A program made the translations under genes and the position numbers. A DNA stretch of 64,000 nucleotides, from contig OY253674.1 in NCBI GenBank assembly GCA_958009085.1, forward strand, positions 62,001 to 126,000. The letters are read 5' to 3'. The DNA comes from Protoeuglena noctilucae (taxonomy: Eukaryota). Shown here piece by piece: positions 49,471-62,072 of the stretch. How positions within the stretch are numbered: the first letter of the stretch is position 1; every line of letters begins with the position of its first letter. Below the pieces are notes generated by a model. The model saw only the letters and a list, made by a program, of their open reading frames with translations, was not told the origin of the DNA and made no database searches.

Positions 49471-52400
49471 TCACCCCTTTCCCCCCCGCTTGCGCTTCTT
49501 GCCCCACCCCCCCTGCCCCCCGCTCCGCGCATCGGCCTCCTGTTGCTCCAACGCCGCCAGCGCCCGCCTCTGCCCCGCCACCCTCTCCACGTCCCTCGCG
49601 GCCCTCTCCCTCTCCCGCACCGCGTGCATGAACGCCGCGTCTTTGCGCAACGACCGCATCACGCCCCGCTGCTCCTTCGACACCGCGCGGCGCAGAGAGC
49701 GGGACTCGGCGCGCTCCCTGGGGGGGGAGGGGGGGAGACGTGGTGTTGGAATATAGACGATTATGTGAAGGTATAAAGGTATGATCGTGGTTATGATGAT
49801 AGCCCACCCCATAGCTGATGCAATAACGGCGATTACAACTGATAGCCACCACCACCGACTCCCTTTAGTAAGTATCAACCATCCTTCATGCACCCCTCAC
49901 CTGTCCGGGTCGTAGCTCTTCCCCATCGCAAACTCCTCCTCAAACCGAGGGTTTAATGCACGGCGGCCCTCGCGCACCAGGCGGAAGGGCTGCGCCAGCG
50001 GAGCACGTTTCACCTCCGCAGCACGAACCGCTGCTTTCGCTCTCGCTGCCAGACCCTGCAATGCCGACCGCATTGCACCCACCCCCACCGCCACCGCAGC
50101 CCGCCCCGCCGCCGCCCCCACCGCCCCCGCCACCTCCGCGGCGCAGGGGAGACCCGCGTGCGTGTCAAGCAATCGCTCTGCGAGCGCCCCCGCTCCCCCC
50201 ACGCAAGCCGTCGCCAGCCCTGCCCGCCCATCCCCCACCCCCTCGCTCCCGCCTCCCTCGCCACCCCATGCGTCCGCCAATCGCAGCCGGCACGGCCACT
50301 CTAATGCAGACGCCGACTCGAACTCTTTACCATTCCCCTTCACACTTCCAACCTGCTCCGCCCTCACCGCCCCTTTTGCTTTCTTAGCACTGCCCGCCGC
50401 CCCTCCCCCCACCGCCCCCGTACCCTCGCCCGCCATCCTCGCAGCCTCCTTCATCGCAACGCAAGCGAAAGTGACGCATTCCGGCACCAACCTGCCAGCC
50501 GCGGCGTGTAGGTGGGCGAGCAGGGATGCGAGGTATAGGCCTTGGGCGATGTCGGTGGGGGTGGCGATGGGGCCAACAGTGAGGGAGTGGGAGAGGAGGA
50601 GGGAGAGGGGGGTGAGGACGGGGTGACGCTGCGGGGGGTGAGGGTGGGGGTGGCAGTGAGGGTGGCAGTGAGGGTAGCAGTGGGGGTGAGGGTGAGGGTG
50701 GCAGTGAGGCAGCCACCCACCCAGTCGAAGCACTCATTCAAGCACTCATTGCTAACCACCTCATCTAGAACCCTCATCGCATTCTCTTGATATCCACATC
50801 ACACCAACCCCACCCCTCTCCTCACCTTGTCCGTGACTGGGAATGCGGCCGCCATGAGTCGCATGGCAGCCGCGTCCCTTGCCATGGGCCACTGCCCCTC
50901 TGTGACACGGCGGTGGATGCGGGACAGGCGGGCGCGGCAGAGCGTGGCGGCGTAGACGGGGATCTGGGCTGCGGGGGAGGGGAGGGGGTGGAGAAGGGTG
51001 AGGGTGGGGGTGAGGGTGGGGGTCGATGGGGGTGGGGTGTGTGTGTGTCCAATCTCATCATCCGCGACATCAACTTAGCTACTCAATCATGCATGGATTG
51101 TCATCGAATAAGCACATGTCATTATACGTATTTGCCATCGACTGCCAGCACCACTACCACCCTGCACCCCCTCTCTCACCCGTCATGGCGACGAGGGTGG
51201 GGGTCAAGGCATCGACTCTGCGCCAGTCTCCCTCCGATGCGCGATCCACGAAGCACTGCCACGCGAGGGCGTAGAGGGTGGACAGACCGCGGCCGCTGTC
51301 AGAGAGGAGCTGGGGGGAGAGGGAGAGGGGAAAGGGGTGATGCGATGATAACACCGGCCATCTCGCCCCCACCCATCACATGTAATGCTCACCACCACAC
51401 ATCTGCCTCCCACTCATTCACTCATTCCCTCATCCAATACCCCACACCCCATCCACCCCCTCACCTCCGCCCGGTGCCTCTCTGCGATCTCCGCCACCAC
51501 GAGCCCCGCCTGACCCGCTTCCGCCCCCGCCAGTCTCTCTGCCAACTCCTCCACGCTCCCGGGCACGTTGTCAGCAACACTAGCAGCCGCACCAACACCA
51601 TCTGCAGTGTTGCCCTTGCCACGCCCATCCACTGCCACCGCTCCCGCCCCCGCACCCTCGCCCTCGCCCCCACCACTCTCCTCACTCTCACTCCCACTCT
51701 CACCCTCCCCCTCCCCGTCACTCCCACCCTCCTCATCACTCCCGCCTTGCCCATCACTACCACTCTCACCCTCCCCACCACCCTCCCCATCCCCATCCCC
51801 CACCCCCACCGCCGCCCCCACTGCCGTCCCTCGCTTGCCCCTCCTCGCCCGCTCTTCTCCCCTCTTTGCCATCAAAGCCTTGATGTCTGACAAATGCAGC
51901 ACACGACGGCGCACCACACCCCCACCCACCCCACCACCCTCGTCCCCGTCACCATCACTCCCCTCCTCTTCCCCACTTCCACCCTCGCCCTCACTCCCCT
52001 CCTCTCCCTCACTCCCACCCTCGCCCTCACTCCCATCCTCTCCCTCACTCCCACTCTCCCCATCCTCATCCCTCTCACTCTCTCCCCCACTCCCACTCTC
52101 CCCCTCCCCCTCACTCCCACTCCCCTCCCCCACCAACTCCTCAGCCCCCATCCCCAGCTCCGCCAACACCTCGCGCACCGTCTTGCCACCCAGCCCCCCC
52201 GCAGCCCCCCGCTTTTCCGCCAATGCTTTGAGCTGCTCTTGAAATGCAGCACGTAGAGGGTGGGACTGCAAACCGGCTGCCCCCTTGCCCACAGCACGCG
52301 GGGTCATACCCGCCACCGTCAGCTCCGTAACGTGCTGCGGGGCGTTCCGCGCCAATCGTGCTCTGGCCAGCGCGTCACCCCCATCCTCCCCCTCTTCACC

Positions 52401-54360
52401 ATCCTCATTCTCCTCCCCGCTGCTGCTGCCCTCAGCATCCGCAGCCGCTTGCAAAGCACGGAGCCTTGCTCGCCGCCCAGCGTACCCACCCCCCTGCGCC
52501 GCCACTCCTGTCCCATCCCCGTCCCCCGTCGCAGTGTCTATATCTTCAAAATCGCCGCCCACGTCCGCATCGCCGGACCCCGCCATACGGCGCGCAACCG
52601 CGCTCGCGGCCGCCTCCGCCCGACGCCGGGACTCCTGGGGGGGGGCGTAAGAAGGTGCGTGTCACGTGGCATGGGGAGTGACAGGTGCATGCTGCGATAG
52701 ATGAGATAGTGAATGTTGTGTGCCATACAACAGCAAGGGGTGGACAAGAGACGCGGCAGCGACAGAGTCATTACCACCTTTCCAGCCACCGCGCTTACCA
52801 CCCCCTTCCCTCACAACAACTACCCCCACCACCACCAACCCCACACAGCCCCCCCTCACCTCCTCCAGCTCCGCCTCCGTCTTGCTCCTCTCCCCCGCCA
52901 CCCCCCGCGCCTCAAACACCAGGGCCCGCTGCAGGCGGTCGTACGCCGCGTCATCCTCACCCACCGCTGCGATGATCACGGCGATGATAATGAATATATC
53001 ATGTATAAACATGTATTCGTCATTCATCTTGTACTATCGATACGGTACTTATGTACGTCTGACAGACATAGTACTAGACACAGGCCAGACATAGTACTAC
53101 GCTGCACCAGCCATGCATGCACTGCCATGCCGCCCTGAACAAGCAAGCATGCAACCCCCACCCCACCCCACCCCCTCACCCGCACCCCCCTCCCCCACCC
53201 CCGCCCCCTCCCCCTTCTTCGGTCTCCCCTGCAGCAGCCCCTCCCTCACCACCGCCTCAAACGCGGCATCCAGCCCCGCCAACGCGTCCGCGTCCGCCTC
53301 CCTTTGACGACGCTTCTCGCGCTTGTGCTCCTGGGGTGGACACAGGAAGGTTTATGTGTTGGTGGAGAAGAGATACCCTTATTAATGATGATGATGCTCT
53401 GTGTTGGTGTCGATGGTGGCGCGTGGGCACTCACACCCTCACATGCACCCCCACCCATCTGCACCCTTACAAACACACCCCCCACGTCTCACCTTGGACG
53501 TGGCAATTACACAAACGCACACCCCCACACCCTTGCACACCCCACACATCCACTTCCACCACAAAAATCTCACCTTAGACTTGGCAATGACCTCCGCCAT
53601 GATCTCCTTGTGCGTCCTCGGCCTCTCCGCACCCTCCCCGCCATCCCCATTCCCCTCCGCAGTCTTTGTGAACAGCCCGCCCCCAAACGACAGAGCATCG
53701 GCATCCGCACCGCCACCGTCCCCGTCGTCGTCGTCATCCGACCCCCGCACGTCCTCCGCAAAGTCATCCAAAGCGTCCAGCGCCACGCCGCCGTGTGTCA
53801 GGACGTCCTCGGACTGCGGGGGGTGGGAATGGGAGAACGCGTCAGGTACAAATCCTTAGGAAGAACCTGGGCTGTGCTGTTGCGGTGGGCTGCGAATGAG
53901 CCCTGGCCCAGTCTCCGCTGCTCGCCTCCGGGGCGTCCGAAAGGTTGAATTTGCTGCGTCGGTGTTCCCGCAATCGCTGGCGCTGGAAGCGGGCGATGGC
54001 GCGGTCCGCGTCGGAGAGGCCGGCGTCCGCCTCGCCCAAACGACGGTCCGCGAACACGTTGGCGCGGCGCAGCTGGCGATACTCGACCAGCAGCGTCCGG
54101 CGACGCTCCTCCTGCGCGTCGGAACGCTTCCTGGCGGAGCTCTGCGGGGGAGGAGGGCGCCGGCGGTGGGCTGCACGTGCCGGCCGAGGGCTGGGCGGGC
54201 ATGCGCGCCGATGGAGCACCTTCGCCGCGCCGCGGTCCCGCGTCCCGAGAAAGGAGAAACGTTTCTTGGCGTGTATGACCTCGAAAGGGTTGACGGGCGG
54301 CGCGGCGCGCTCCCGGGCCGGCGTGCCCTTCCCGGCCGGCTTCTTGCCCTTCTTCGCCAT
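49471..54360 (-). CDS. NOP14: Nucleolar protein 14 (SSU processome), spliced
   Basis: NPFE...RRTLLVEYRQLRRANVFADRRLGE...FQRQR...KFNL, RTHKEIMAEVIAKSK, FPVTDK|RHPV, LNPRFEEEF...YDPDR and RSLRKDAAF. Confidence 0.93.
50636..50708. repeat. Imperfect 12-nt (GGGTGGCAGTGA)n repeat in a NOP14 intron
   Basis: Several tandem units visible. Confidence 0.75.
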
Positions 54361-55299
54361 CCCTGCTTCGATGCGCGGCAGCGGACAGGTCCGTGAGGAC
54401 GAGAGGATGATACGCGAGAGATATCACCGCACGCAGCCAGCCCCAGCCGGCAGCCAGCTTGGCCCGTGACCGACTGCGAGTGACGGCTCGCTGCTATCCC
54501 TGCCCGCGCCCGGCGACGCCGAGGCAGAATCACCGCGCGTGAGTTGACGTGAGGGATGCGCCGCGCATGGTGGAGAGGGCGGTGGTGGCGGCGAAGGAGG
54601 CGCCGGGGGTTGCCCCTGTCTGACTTGAGCTCGGGCCTCCCCGCCTCGCGTCAACACGCCCGTCGTGACCCCCACGATGCACTTTCATTCTACCATCGTC
54701 GACAAGGTGAGCAAGGCATGCGCCGAGCGTCGATGGCAACGACAACGGCGACGTCGTTGTCACTTCCCCCCAGCCTCCGCAACCGATGGGCCCCGGCGCG
54801 TCGGGAGTGCATAGCGTAGGTCGTACGGATCACATGAATGGATCCGGATCGGCCGCGAGCGCCTCCCTTGCCCGACAGCCTCCGGGCTCGGTTTTGATGC
54901 GAATTTCCCGCCAGACGCGGGCGCAAGGCCCCAGCTTTCCAGGGACGGGGGAGTTTTCGCGTTTGGTTGCGCCAGCTCCGCACCTCGCTGCCCCCGGACG
55001 CCCCTCCCGACCGTTTGGTGTCCCTGGGTGGTGCCCCTGGGGTGCCTTGCGGCGCGGTCAGGCCCTGGGGCCGCGTTTCATCCTGCTGCCGCTTGATGTC
55101 GCGCCTCACAGACATCCTCGATGTCCCCGTTCGATGACGACTCGCTCTCCTTGCGCCGCGCCCGTGTACCTCCCTTGCGCTTCTGGACTCCCCTCGCTCC
55201 CCTCGCGCTTGGCCGGGTTTCCGAAACGATTTGCTGCGCATCCGCATCCATCATCGATAAGCAAGGGATCAGGGGTCCCTTGGCGGCCGGATTTCGGGA

Positions 55300-57412
55300 A
55301 TGGCGACGAGCAGCGACGCATGCATGCAGACGGCCAACGACGCGCCACCACCGAAGCACGCCACCGACGCGCGCGGCTCTCGAGACGAGGATAATTCATC
55401 CGTCGCTTCGACGAGCGCCGAGTCCCATCCCAACGACGGCGGAGCGCGCGAGACGATGCCCGCGGTCATGCTGCCCGAGCCGGCCTGCTTTGGGCCCGTC
55501 AGCCCGTCCGGTTCCCCGGCGGGGTCGCCCAGCCACGCACATCTCGAGCTCGCGATGCGGCTCGCGGGGAGGGACCCGGCAGAGGCCCGCGCTGCAGTCA
55601 AGGCAGCCAACACCAAGCCCATCGTAAGCGCAGCTACTACGGTGAGCTCCCGGAGCGGTTGCGGACAGCGCGGGTCGGCGACAATGACATGAAGACGTTT
55701 CTCCATCCGACACTCGACGCATCGCCTCCTAAAACCCTCGCCGCTGTCCGCCCTGTTGCCTGTTGTTGTCCCGCTTGCTGACGGTCGCACCTCAGCTTCA
55801 ATTTCGCCCCTAACGCAGGAACCCGCCCCTCGCGCCCCGCGCCTGGAGTTGAGTTTCGACGATTTCGAGGTGCTGAGCCATCTGGGCGACGGCTCTTACT
55901 CGGAAGTGCTGCTGGCCCGGCTGAAGAGTGCGGGGACCGAGGTGGCCCTCAAGGTCATGGACAAATACCTGGTGCTGAGAGAAAAGAAGGTCGAGGTGAG
56001 ATGCGGTTTGATTGTGGTTATGGGCACGTGCCTAGGGCAGCAGGCGAGATGGGAGGCGGTGGGATGGGCACGTGCCTGGTGCTGCGGGTGAGATGGAGCA
56101 GTGAGAGAGGCTATGCATGGCTGTGTTTGAGATGCCCACCGTACACGCAGCCATGCCTAACGTTGTTGGAAGAGGGATACAACCCGCTCTTCTCACGCTG
56201 TGCATCCTTATACAACCGCCCTTGCTACCTACCCTACCTACCGGTCCGTCCCATCTATACAGCCTCACTCCCACCGCCCTCAGGCTGTGAAGCTCGAGCG
56301 CGACGTCCTCGACGCCATGAACCACCCCGGCATCGTCAGGCTTCTCTTCACCTTCCAGGCGCGTGGCCTATCTAACGTTTCGCAGCCACCCGCGTCGCTC
56401 GCCCTCTTGGTGCCTCCTGCGCGTACCCTGCGCCTTGCAAAGCGTCTGCTTATACATATATGTTATATCTTTACCAACGCAGGACGATCGGAGCCTCTAC
56501 TTGGGCCTGGAGCCGCTCAGGGGCGGCGAGCTGTTTGAGCGCATCCAGACGCAAGGCCCCCTGCCCCTCCCCGAGGCCCGCGCCTTCGCGGCGCAGGTGG
56601 TGCAGATCATCGCGCATCTGCGCTCGCACGGTGTGCTGCACCGGGACATCAAGCCGGAGAACCTCGTGCTGGACCGGCAAGGCCGCCTCGTCCTTGTCGA
56701 CTTCGGGTGCGTGCGTGCATGCAAGAAACAGCGTGCAGGAAACAGCGAGCGCTGTCCTTGTTCTGGGAGATCAAATTTTCGGCATGTCGCTTTATATGTA
56801 CACGAGAGCGCGGGAAGATGCTTGCCTTGCATGGGCAGACCACGCTGCAGCGGCCCACTGCAGCCATATGCGCTCGTTCCCTCAAAGCCGCATCGGGTTG
56901 ACCTGTCATGCTCTAAATCACACGCACCTGTTGCGTTCACGCCCATTTGCATTCGCCTCCCCGTCACGCCCACCCACCCGCCCCTTCCACTCTTCCCCAG
57001 GTCGTGCCTGCGCCTGTCTTCTCAGTCACCCACCGCCGTCCCCGACCTGGTCGGCACCGCGGAGTACGTCCCCGTCGAGGTTCTCGATCGCCGCCCCGCC
57101 ACGCCCGCCTACGATCTCTGGGGCCTGGGATGCCTCGTCTTCCAAATGCTCACGGGCCGGCCCCCCTTCCGAGAAGCCACCGACTACCTCACGCTCCAGA
57201 AGGTCCAGTCGCTGGAATTCAAAATGCCCGAAAACGTCCCCGAAGCCGCCGCCGACCTCATCCGGGCGCTGCTGACGCGGGATCCGGAGTCGCGGCCCGG
57301 GGCGGGCAACATCGAGGAACTGCGCAGGCACCCGTTCTTCGAGGGCGTCGATTGGGACGCAGTGTACGCGCCCGACAAGGCCGGCGCGGATGCAGATGCC
57401 GCGCGCGAGTGA
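55300..57412 (+). CDS. PDK1: PDK1-like AGC Ser/Thr kinase with no PH domain, 5 exons
   Basis: DFEVLSHLGDGSYSEV, VALKVMDK, VKLERDVL, LLFTFQ|DDRSLYLGLE, HRDIKPEN, DFG, GTAEYV, DLWGLGC, TDYLTLQKV and HPFFEGVDW. Confidence 0.85.
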
Positions 57413-57940
57413 CGGCGGGGGGGCGGGGCCGGTCGGCGGGCGGGCGCTGGGGCGTCGCGATGCCGGGCCGGCCTGCGCCACGGCTCCCGCAACGCGTGGC
57501 CCGCATCTATGGTTGCGATGCGCGGGCCGCTTTCGGGCTCTCGCGCTCCCTTTCCTCGCGCATTCCTCTCCTCTTTGCACTTGCACTTTCTCTTTCTTGC
57601 CGCCTTACCTTGGGCGGCCTTGCGCAGCATGAGAGTTTCGCCGCAGCAGCACGCGCGGGCACCGCAGCGTTGCTGCGACGGCGATCGCGGACACAGTTCG
57701 GCCAGCCGTGCCGTTTGCCCAGGCACTGCACCCTCTCGCCGAGCTCGGCTTGTTCGCTAGCCCACATTGCCGGGTGTGTCATCCCCGGCCGGACTCTTTC
57801 TTGCGCGATGAGAGAAGTATCATTAACATGCTCGGTTTGTTTGTCAACACGGAACATGCCAATTGAACGCTTTGCGCTTGTGTGTCGTCACGGAAGTGTT
57901 GGCGCTAGGCAGCTACCCCCTTGGTGGGCAATGGGATATC

Positions 57941-58525
57941 TTACTCATCCTCCTCCTCAAAGCACTCTCGGATGCCGGCACGGACGGCGGCGAAGTGGGC
58001 GTGGGAGGCCTCTGCGGGGCACGACGAGACATGCTGCTGTGCTGATGGTACCGAAACACGCCTTGCCGCATGGCTTGCAAGTGCGTAGGGCAGCTGAGGC
58101 GCGATTCTCACCTTCATCGTCGAAGAAGGGCGGGCAGTACTTGTCCACACCCATCATGTCGAACATCGCGTCCGTCACGCTGCGGGGAAGCGAGGCGCCT
58201 GTGGTGAGGGGCAGTTCGCGCCAAGTTGTTGAGCGCACTTCGCTGCAATGTCAGCGCGCTTACCACGCCACCACCTCCTTCCCGTGCATCCGGGCGTAAC
58301 CCTCTGCTGCAAACTCCTTCGCGTCGATGCAGCCGTCCCCTGCACGAAGCGGGCGAAGCGACGAAGCGTTGCAGGACTTGCGAGCTGCAGTCGCTGTATG
58401 CAACGAGCTTCATGCGCTCCTCCCTCACTGTTGCTGTCCCAGGAGAAGAAGTTGTCCGGAGCGGCTGCGAGAGAGTATTGGCAGAGGACGACCGCGACAG
58501 CTAACAAAAACACACCTCGTGACAT
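57941..58525 (-). CDS. Small (~103 aa) putative secreted protein with one EF-hand, 4 exons
   Basis: Spliced sequence MSRGVFLLAVAVVLCQYSLAAAPDNFFSWDSNRDGCIDAKEFAAEGYARMHGKEVVACVTDAMFDMMGVDKYCPPFFDDEEASHAHFAAVRAGIRECFEEEDE, from three phase-consistent GT-AG introns. Confidence 0.7.
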
Positions 58526-58882
58526 CTCAACAGCAAAAGGCTCACTCGACAGGTGACATCAGGCGACACACAGAGCAGGCCTATTCAAGCTCTTCATAAC
58601 AAATGCCGTGGCATCGCCCGCTTCCGCCGTCAAGGTCGTCGGATGTCCGAGTTTGCTGGCACCACGTGGACTGTCATTGGCCTGACGCTGCTTCCGACGG
58701 CACTCGCCCATCAGCTGCTTCCAGTCACGTCCCTATCGCAATCGGCACCCAACCGGACCCACGCGAGAGTGCGCGAGAGCCTGTGTGCGTTCGTGGCCCT
58801 GAGAGACAGCGCGCGCGTCGCACAGACCGCCTCCCTTATCTCGCTCGCGGCCGTCGGCACGACAGAACGACCGTCGGTGACC

Positions 58883-61158
58883 ATGGCCGGTGCCGACGCT
58901 TCGAAGAAGGTGCGGATCGCGACGCAAACTCGTCCTCACCTAAGCTGGGCAGTTGCGGCCCGTGCCGCGCATCGCCAAAGCATTCCACCGTTCTCCCTCC
59001 ACCCAGATCATCGCGGTGATCGGATGTAACGGCGCTCAGGGCGGAGTGGTCGCGGACGCCCTCCTGCGCGACGTGAGGGGCCTACTTCCACGCGCATGGT
59101 ATTATCTAGCGCTTTCTCGCACATCGTCCAACGCGCGCCGCGTATTCGGCCGCCGCAGGGGACTTTCAAGGTCCGCGCGCTCGTCCGGAACGTCGAGGGC
59201 GCGCAGGCGCAGGGATCCCGGGACCGGGGCGCCGAGGTCGCTGCAGCGGACGTGTACGACGCGAAAAGCCTCGAAGAGGCCGTCAAAGGCTGCCACGGAC
59301 TCTTCGTCGTGACCTTCCTGCACCCGCACACGGACCCCGAGCGCGAGCACAAGCAGTGCCAGAACGCGGCACAGGCGGCCAAGGCGGCAGGTGCGGTGAT
59401 GGAGAGGCACTGGCGATGCGAGCCACCATGCGGCTTTGTTATGACCGGACGCGCGTGGCACTATCGTATATGTCACACGATTGCCACGCCAAGCACCCCT
59501 CACCGCCCGCACCCCACCCTTGCCCCCCCGCTCTCCACCACCCTGCGCACGTGACATTGCTCCCCACCCTACCCCCTCTCCGCAACCCAACGCTCCCTCC
59601 GTTGTTCAACATCGCTCGCCACCCCACCGACCCACCCCACCCCACCCCACCCCACCCCACCCCACCCCACCCAACCCCCACCCCGGCCCCACCCCACCCC
59701 GCTCCCCCCAGGCATCCAGCACGTGGTTTTCTCCACGCTCCCCGACACGCGGCTCCCCCGCTTCCGCGACTTTTACGACTCGGCCTCCTTCCCCAAGGTC
59801 ACCCTGCGCGACATGAAGGTCCCTCACTATGACTGCAAGGCCGAGTGCGAGGCGTTCTTCGCTGATTTCCCCATCAAGACCTTCGTGATGGCTGGCGCTT
59901 ATTACTCAAACCTGTACAAGTACGGATTCCTGTCCCGCAACGAGCGCACGGGGGGCAAGCTGGCGGTCACCTTATGCGTGGATAGGGACACGGTATATCC
60001 CGGGATGGACCTGGAGGATTTCGGGAAGGTGGTGGCGGGGGTGTTTAAGGCGGGGGCGGCGGCGGACAATGAGAGGGTGTACGTGGTCAGCGACCCGATG
60101 ACGGTGGGGGAGGTGATGGACGTGGTGGGCAAGGTGAGGGAGGGCGGGGGTGGTGGGGTGGTGGTGTTTGGAATGGAGGTTGTGGTTGACTGGGAGGGGC
60201 GTGCGGGTAGAGACGGTGGGCAAGGTGAGGGAGGGCGGGGGCGGTGGGGTGTTGTGGGAAGGTGAGGGGTGGCGGTGGCATCCGTGTTGGCAACAGCGCT
60301 GTCGCGTCTTTTCATCGCCACAAGATGACGGCCATTGCCCCATGGCGTGCACCGAGTTCTTTCACTCGCGTCACGCCATCGGGGCATCGCTGTTCTCTTG
60401 TGGCAATGGACCGATTGCCCACGTTGATGATTACACGGTGTGACTGAATGTGACAACGCAACACCCCTCCCCCCCGGGTGACTATGACCGTCTTCAAATA
60501 ACCACGATCTAAGTAACCCCGACTGTGCGTGACCCTGTCAAGCGACTGTCCCCAATGACCACGATAATACTACAACAATACTAGAACCCCGCCTGCGCGT
60601 GACCCTTTCAGGTGACGGGCGAGGAGGTCGTCCCCGCCTTCATCGACCGTGAGACCTACTCCACATTCTTCCCCGGGGCAGACGACCTCGCCAACATGTT
60701 CTACTTCTACGGGTGAGTGGTTATGTGTGAATGCATGTGTTTGTGGATGTAGGGTACATGCTTGCCAACATGTTGCCACTAGAACATCCTAGGGGTGAGT
60801 GTTTATGCGGATGTGTGCGTGTGTGGCACGGGAGATGTGTCCTGTGCATGAATAGACGCGACAATGCCAGTCACCCTCACCACTTCCACCACTCATCCAC
60901 CACCCCTCCGCATCCACTCACCCAACTCACCCGCCTACCCACTGCCCACACACCCCATGCACTCAGCCCATCCATTCACTTACCCCTCTCCCACTCATCC
61001 CCATCCCCAGTTTCCCCTCGTACCGTGCCTATGTGGAAGAGCACCGCCAGTCGGGCCTCCTCGACAAATACTGCCGCCCCACGCCCTTTGCCGAGTGGGC
61101 CGCGCGGCACAGGGAGGAGCTGCTCATGAAGGGGGGGCAGGGGCAGGGGGGCCACTGA
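58883..61158 (+). CDS. NmrA-like (NMRAL1/HSCARG family) NAD(P)-binding protein, 6 exons
   Basis: KK|IIAVIGCNGAQGGVVADALL...FKVRALVRN...GCHGLFVVT...HVVFSTL...KVPHYDCKAECE...YYSNL...FPGADDLANMFYFY. Confidence 0.88.
59633..59700. repeat. (CCCCA)n microsatellite at the 3' end of an NmrA intron
   Basis: About 8 perfect units, followed by degenerate ones. Confidence 0.9.
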
Positions 61159-61223
61159 ATGATTGATTGGGCTGGTTAAGAGGTGGAAGGGAAGCACGGT
61201 GGGGTTCGAAGGCGTTGGGATGT

Positions 61224-61247
61224 GGGGGGGGGGGGGGGGGGGGGGGG
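61224..61247. repeat. Poly-G tract (24 nt) downstream of the NmrA stop
   Basis: Direct count. Confidence 0.9.
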
Positions 61248-62072
61248 TTGGCAGGGGAAGGGGGCACTAGGAGCGCATTGGCGCGAGCAATAACGTTGCG
61301 ATGTGTAGGGAAGGGGCGGCATGGATGGTTGTCATGAGACGCTGGCTAAGCAGTGGCCAGCTGTAACAACAGTTGAAGCGCAAGTGGGGTGCAGGCTAGC
61401 TGTGAGACATAAAGCATCTTGCGATCTTGTACACACCTTTGCCATACACGCCCTTCATGTGCCTCCCAGTACTCATGCCGTCATTCCTGGTGGTTATTGG
61501 TCACTTATGCCACTGTTCCTGCTGCTGAGTTCTGTCTGCTTATGCCATTGTTCCTGCTAGTATTGCGTTCTGGTCGCGCCCGCATTTTCACAGCGTGTGT
61601 TGCGGCGGGCGCAGGCGCTCAGAGCAGAGCAGAGATAAGAGAGGGCCCGGGGTGGGGGTGCCATGCGAGGGGGGCAGACCGGGCGCGGCGGCTGAGCAAA
61701 GGGCAGCCGACAGTGGTGCAGCACAGCACAGCACAGCACAGCGGAGCGGTGGGACAGCGAGGGAGACCGACCTAACACTTGCGTAGCAACCTCTACCGAC
61801 AACAAAAGGGGGGGCAGTTATGCGTGCATGCACGCGCGGGGTGAGGAAAGAGGGAGCGGCGGGAGCGGGAAGGGGGAGGGGTGGTTCACATGCTCGCCAC
61901 CCCTGCCCCTATCGACCATCACCCAAGCTGCAACCGCAACCACCCCATGTGCATCATATGCGGCAGTCGATGCCACGATTCCCCTATTTCCTCCTCAACA
62001 GCAGCAGCGATTCGATAGGAGCATCTGACACGGGGCCCACTGGCGCCAGACCGGCCGTGTCAGTTTGCGGTG

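Noticed and set aside
51640..52140. Purine-rich tandem repeats in NOP14
   Set aside because: They encode the expected acidic low-complexity linker (E/G/S) and are not a mobile element.
54677..55627. Possible spliced uORF (MHFHSTIVDK|TSSMSPF...) overlapping the PDK1 start
   Set aside because: No motif support; a 5' UTR intron or chance explains it equally well.
61200..61215. GGTTCGAA T-loop-like motif
   Set aside because: No cloverleaf can be formed around it.
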